Assembly: GCF_009914755.1 (NCBI RefSeq)
Contig: NC_060928.1
DNA from: the human T2T-CHM13v2.0 reference genome, Homo sapiens
Direction: 5' to 3' (one strand)
DNA length: 64,000 bases
The position numbers and the translations under genes are program-made. This document shows positions 62,847-64,000 of the stretch, one piece after another. A model generated the notes under the pieces. The model saw nothing but the letters and a program-made list of their open reading frames with translations. It had not been told where the DNA came from and ran no database searches. The first letter of the stretch is position 1. Each line of letters starts with the position of its first letter.

Positions 62847-64000
62847 GGTTAGGGTTAGGGTTAGGGTTAGGGTTAGGGTTAGGGTTAGGGTTAGGGTTAG
62901 GGTTAGGGTTAGGGTTAGGGTTAGGGTTAGGGTTAGGGTTAGGGTTAGGGTTAGGGTTAGGGTTAGGGTTAGGGTTAGGGTTAGGGTTAGGGTTAGGGTT
63001 AGGGTTAGGGTTAGGGTTAGGGTTAGGGTTAGGGTTAGGGTTAGGGTTAGGGTTAGGGTTAGGGTTAGGGTTAGGGTTAGGGTTAGGGTTAGGGTTAGGG
63101 TTAGGGTTAGGGTTAGGGTTAGGGTTAGGGTTAGGGTTAGGGTTAGGGTTAGGGTTAGGGTTAGGGTTAGGGTTAGGGTTAGGGTTAGGGTTAGGGTTAG
63201 GGTTAGGGTTAGGGTTAGGGTTAGGGTTAGGGTTAGGGTTAGGGTTAGGGTTAGGGTTAGGGTTAGGGTTAGGGTTAGGGTTAGGGTTAGGGTTAGGGTT
63301 AGGGTTAGGGTTAGGGTTAGGGTTAGGGTTAGGGTTAGGGTTAGGGTTAGGGTTAGGGTTAGGGTTAGGGTTAGGGTTAGGGTTAGGGTTAGGGTTAGGG
63401 TTAGGGTTAGGGTTAGGGTTAGGGTTAGGGTTAGGGTTAGGGTTAGGGTTAGGGTTAGGGTTAGGGTTAGGGTTAGGGTTAGGGTTAGGGTTAGGGTTAG
63501 GGTTAGGGTTAGGGTTAGGGTTAGGGTTAGGGTTAGGGTTAGGGTTAGGGTTAGGGTTAGGGTTAGGGTTAGGGTTAGGGTTAGGGTTAGGGTTAGGGTT
63601 AGGGTTAGGGTTAGGGTTAGGGTTAGGGTTAGGGTTAGGGTTAGGGTTAGGGTTAGGGTTAGGGTTAGGGTTAGGGTTAGGGTTAGGGTTAGGGTTAGGG
63701 TTAGGGTTAGGGTTAGGGTTAGGGTTAGGGTTAGGGTTAGGGTTAGGGTTAGGGTTAGGGTTAGGGTTAGGGTTAGGGTTAGGGTTAGGGTTAGGGTTAG
63801 GGTTAGGGTTAGGGTTAGGGTTAGGGTTAGGGTTAGGGTTAGGGTTAGGGTTAGGGTTAGGGTTAGGGTTAGGGTTAGGTTAGGGTTAGGGTTAGGGTTA
63901 GGGTTAGGGTTAGGGTTAGGGTTAGGGTTAGGGTTAGGGTTAGGGTTAGGGTTAGGGTTAGGGTTAGGGTTAGGTTAGGGTTAGGGTTAGGGTTAGGGTT
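61681..64000 (+). repeat. Telomere: variant-repeat zone (61681-~62370) then near-pure (TTAGGG)n to the window end
   Basis: TGAGGG, TCAGGG, TTCGGG and TAGGGG variants followed by over 1.6 kb of TTAGGG. G-rich strand on +. Confidence 0.99.

Overview
Human chromosome 4q35 terminus on a 4qA (short distal form) haplotype, read centromere to telomere. Bases 1-32433 are the distal end of the D4Z4 macrosatellite: 9 complete KpnI units of 3295-3306 bp plus partial units, with 10 intact copies of the 424-aa DUX4 ORF. The units are chromosome-4-type (XapI site present, BlnI site absent). Next come pLAM/DUX4 exon 3 with the permissive ATTAAA poly(A) signal (32674-32679), about 6.5 kb of 68-bp beta-satellite and an interstitial telomeric tract. 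A ~21-kb AT-rich subtelomeric block follows, containing Alu/LTR/L1 relics, an RPL23A processed pseudogene, an 18-copy 91/93-bp VNTR and an AluYb8. The window ends with TAR1 (61/29-bp repeat CpG island) and the (TTAGGG)n telomere. The locus itself is well known (FSHD). The most notable observations are: (i) an identical string of three rare telomere variant repeats in both the interstitial tract and the terminal telomere 22,561 bp away; (ii) a VNTR that amplifies the 5' end of an MLT2 LTR and so multiplies a near-consensus DUX4 motif; (iii) exon 3 is a chimera of a decayed DUX4 5' leader and a beta-satellite monomer that supplies the poly(A) signal; (iv) block and mosaic structure among the D4Z4 units. 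Repeat subfamily calls are from recalled consensus sequences, not from a search.
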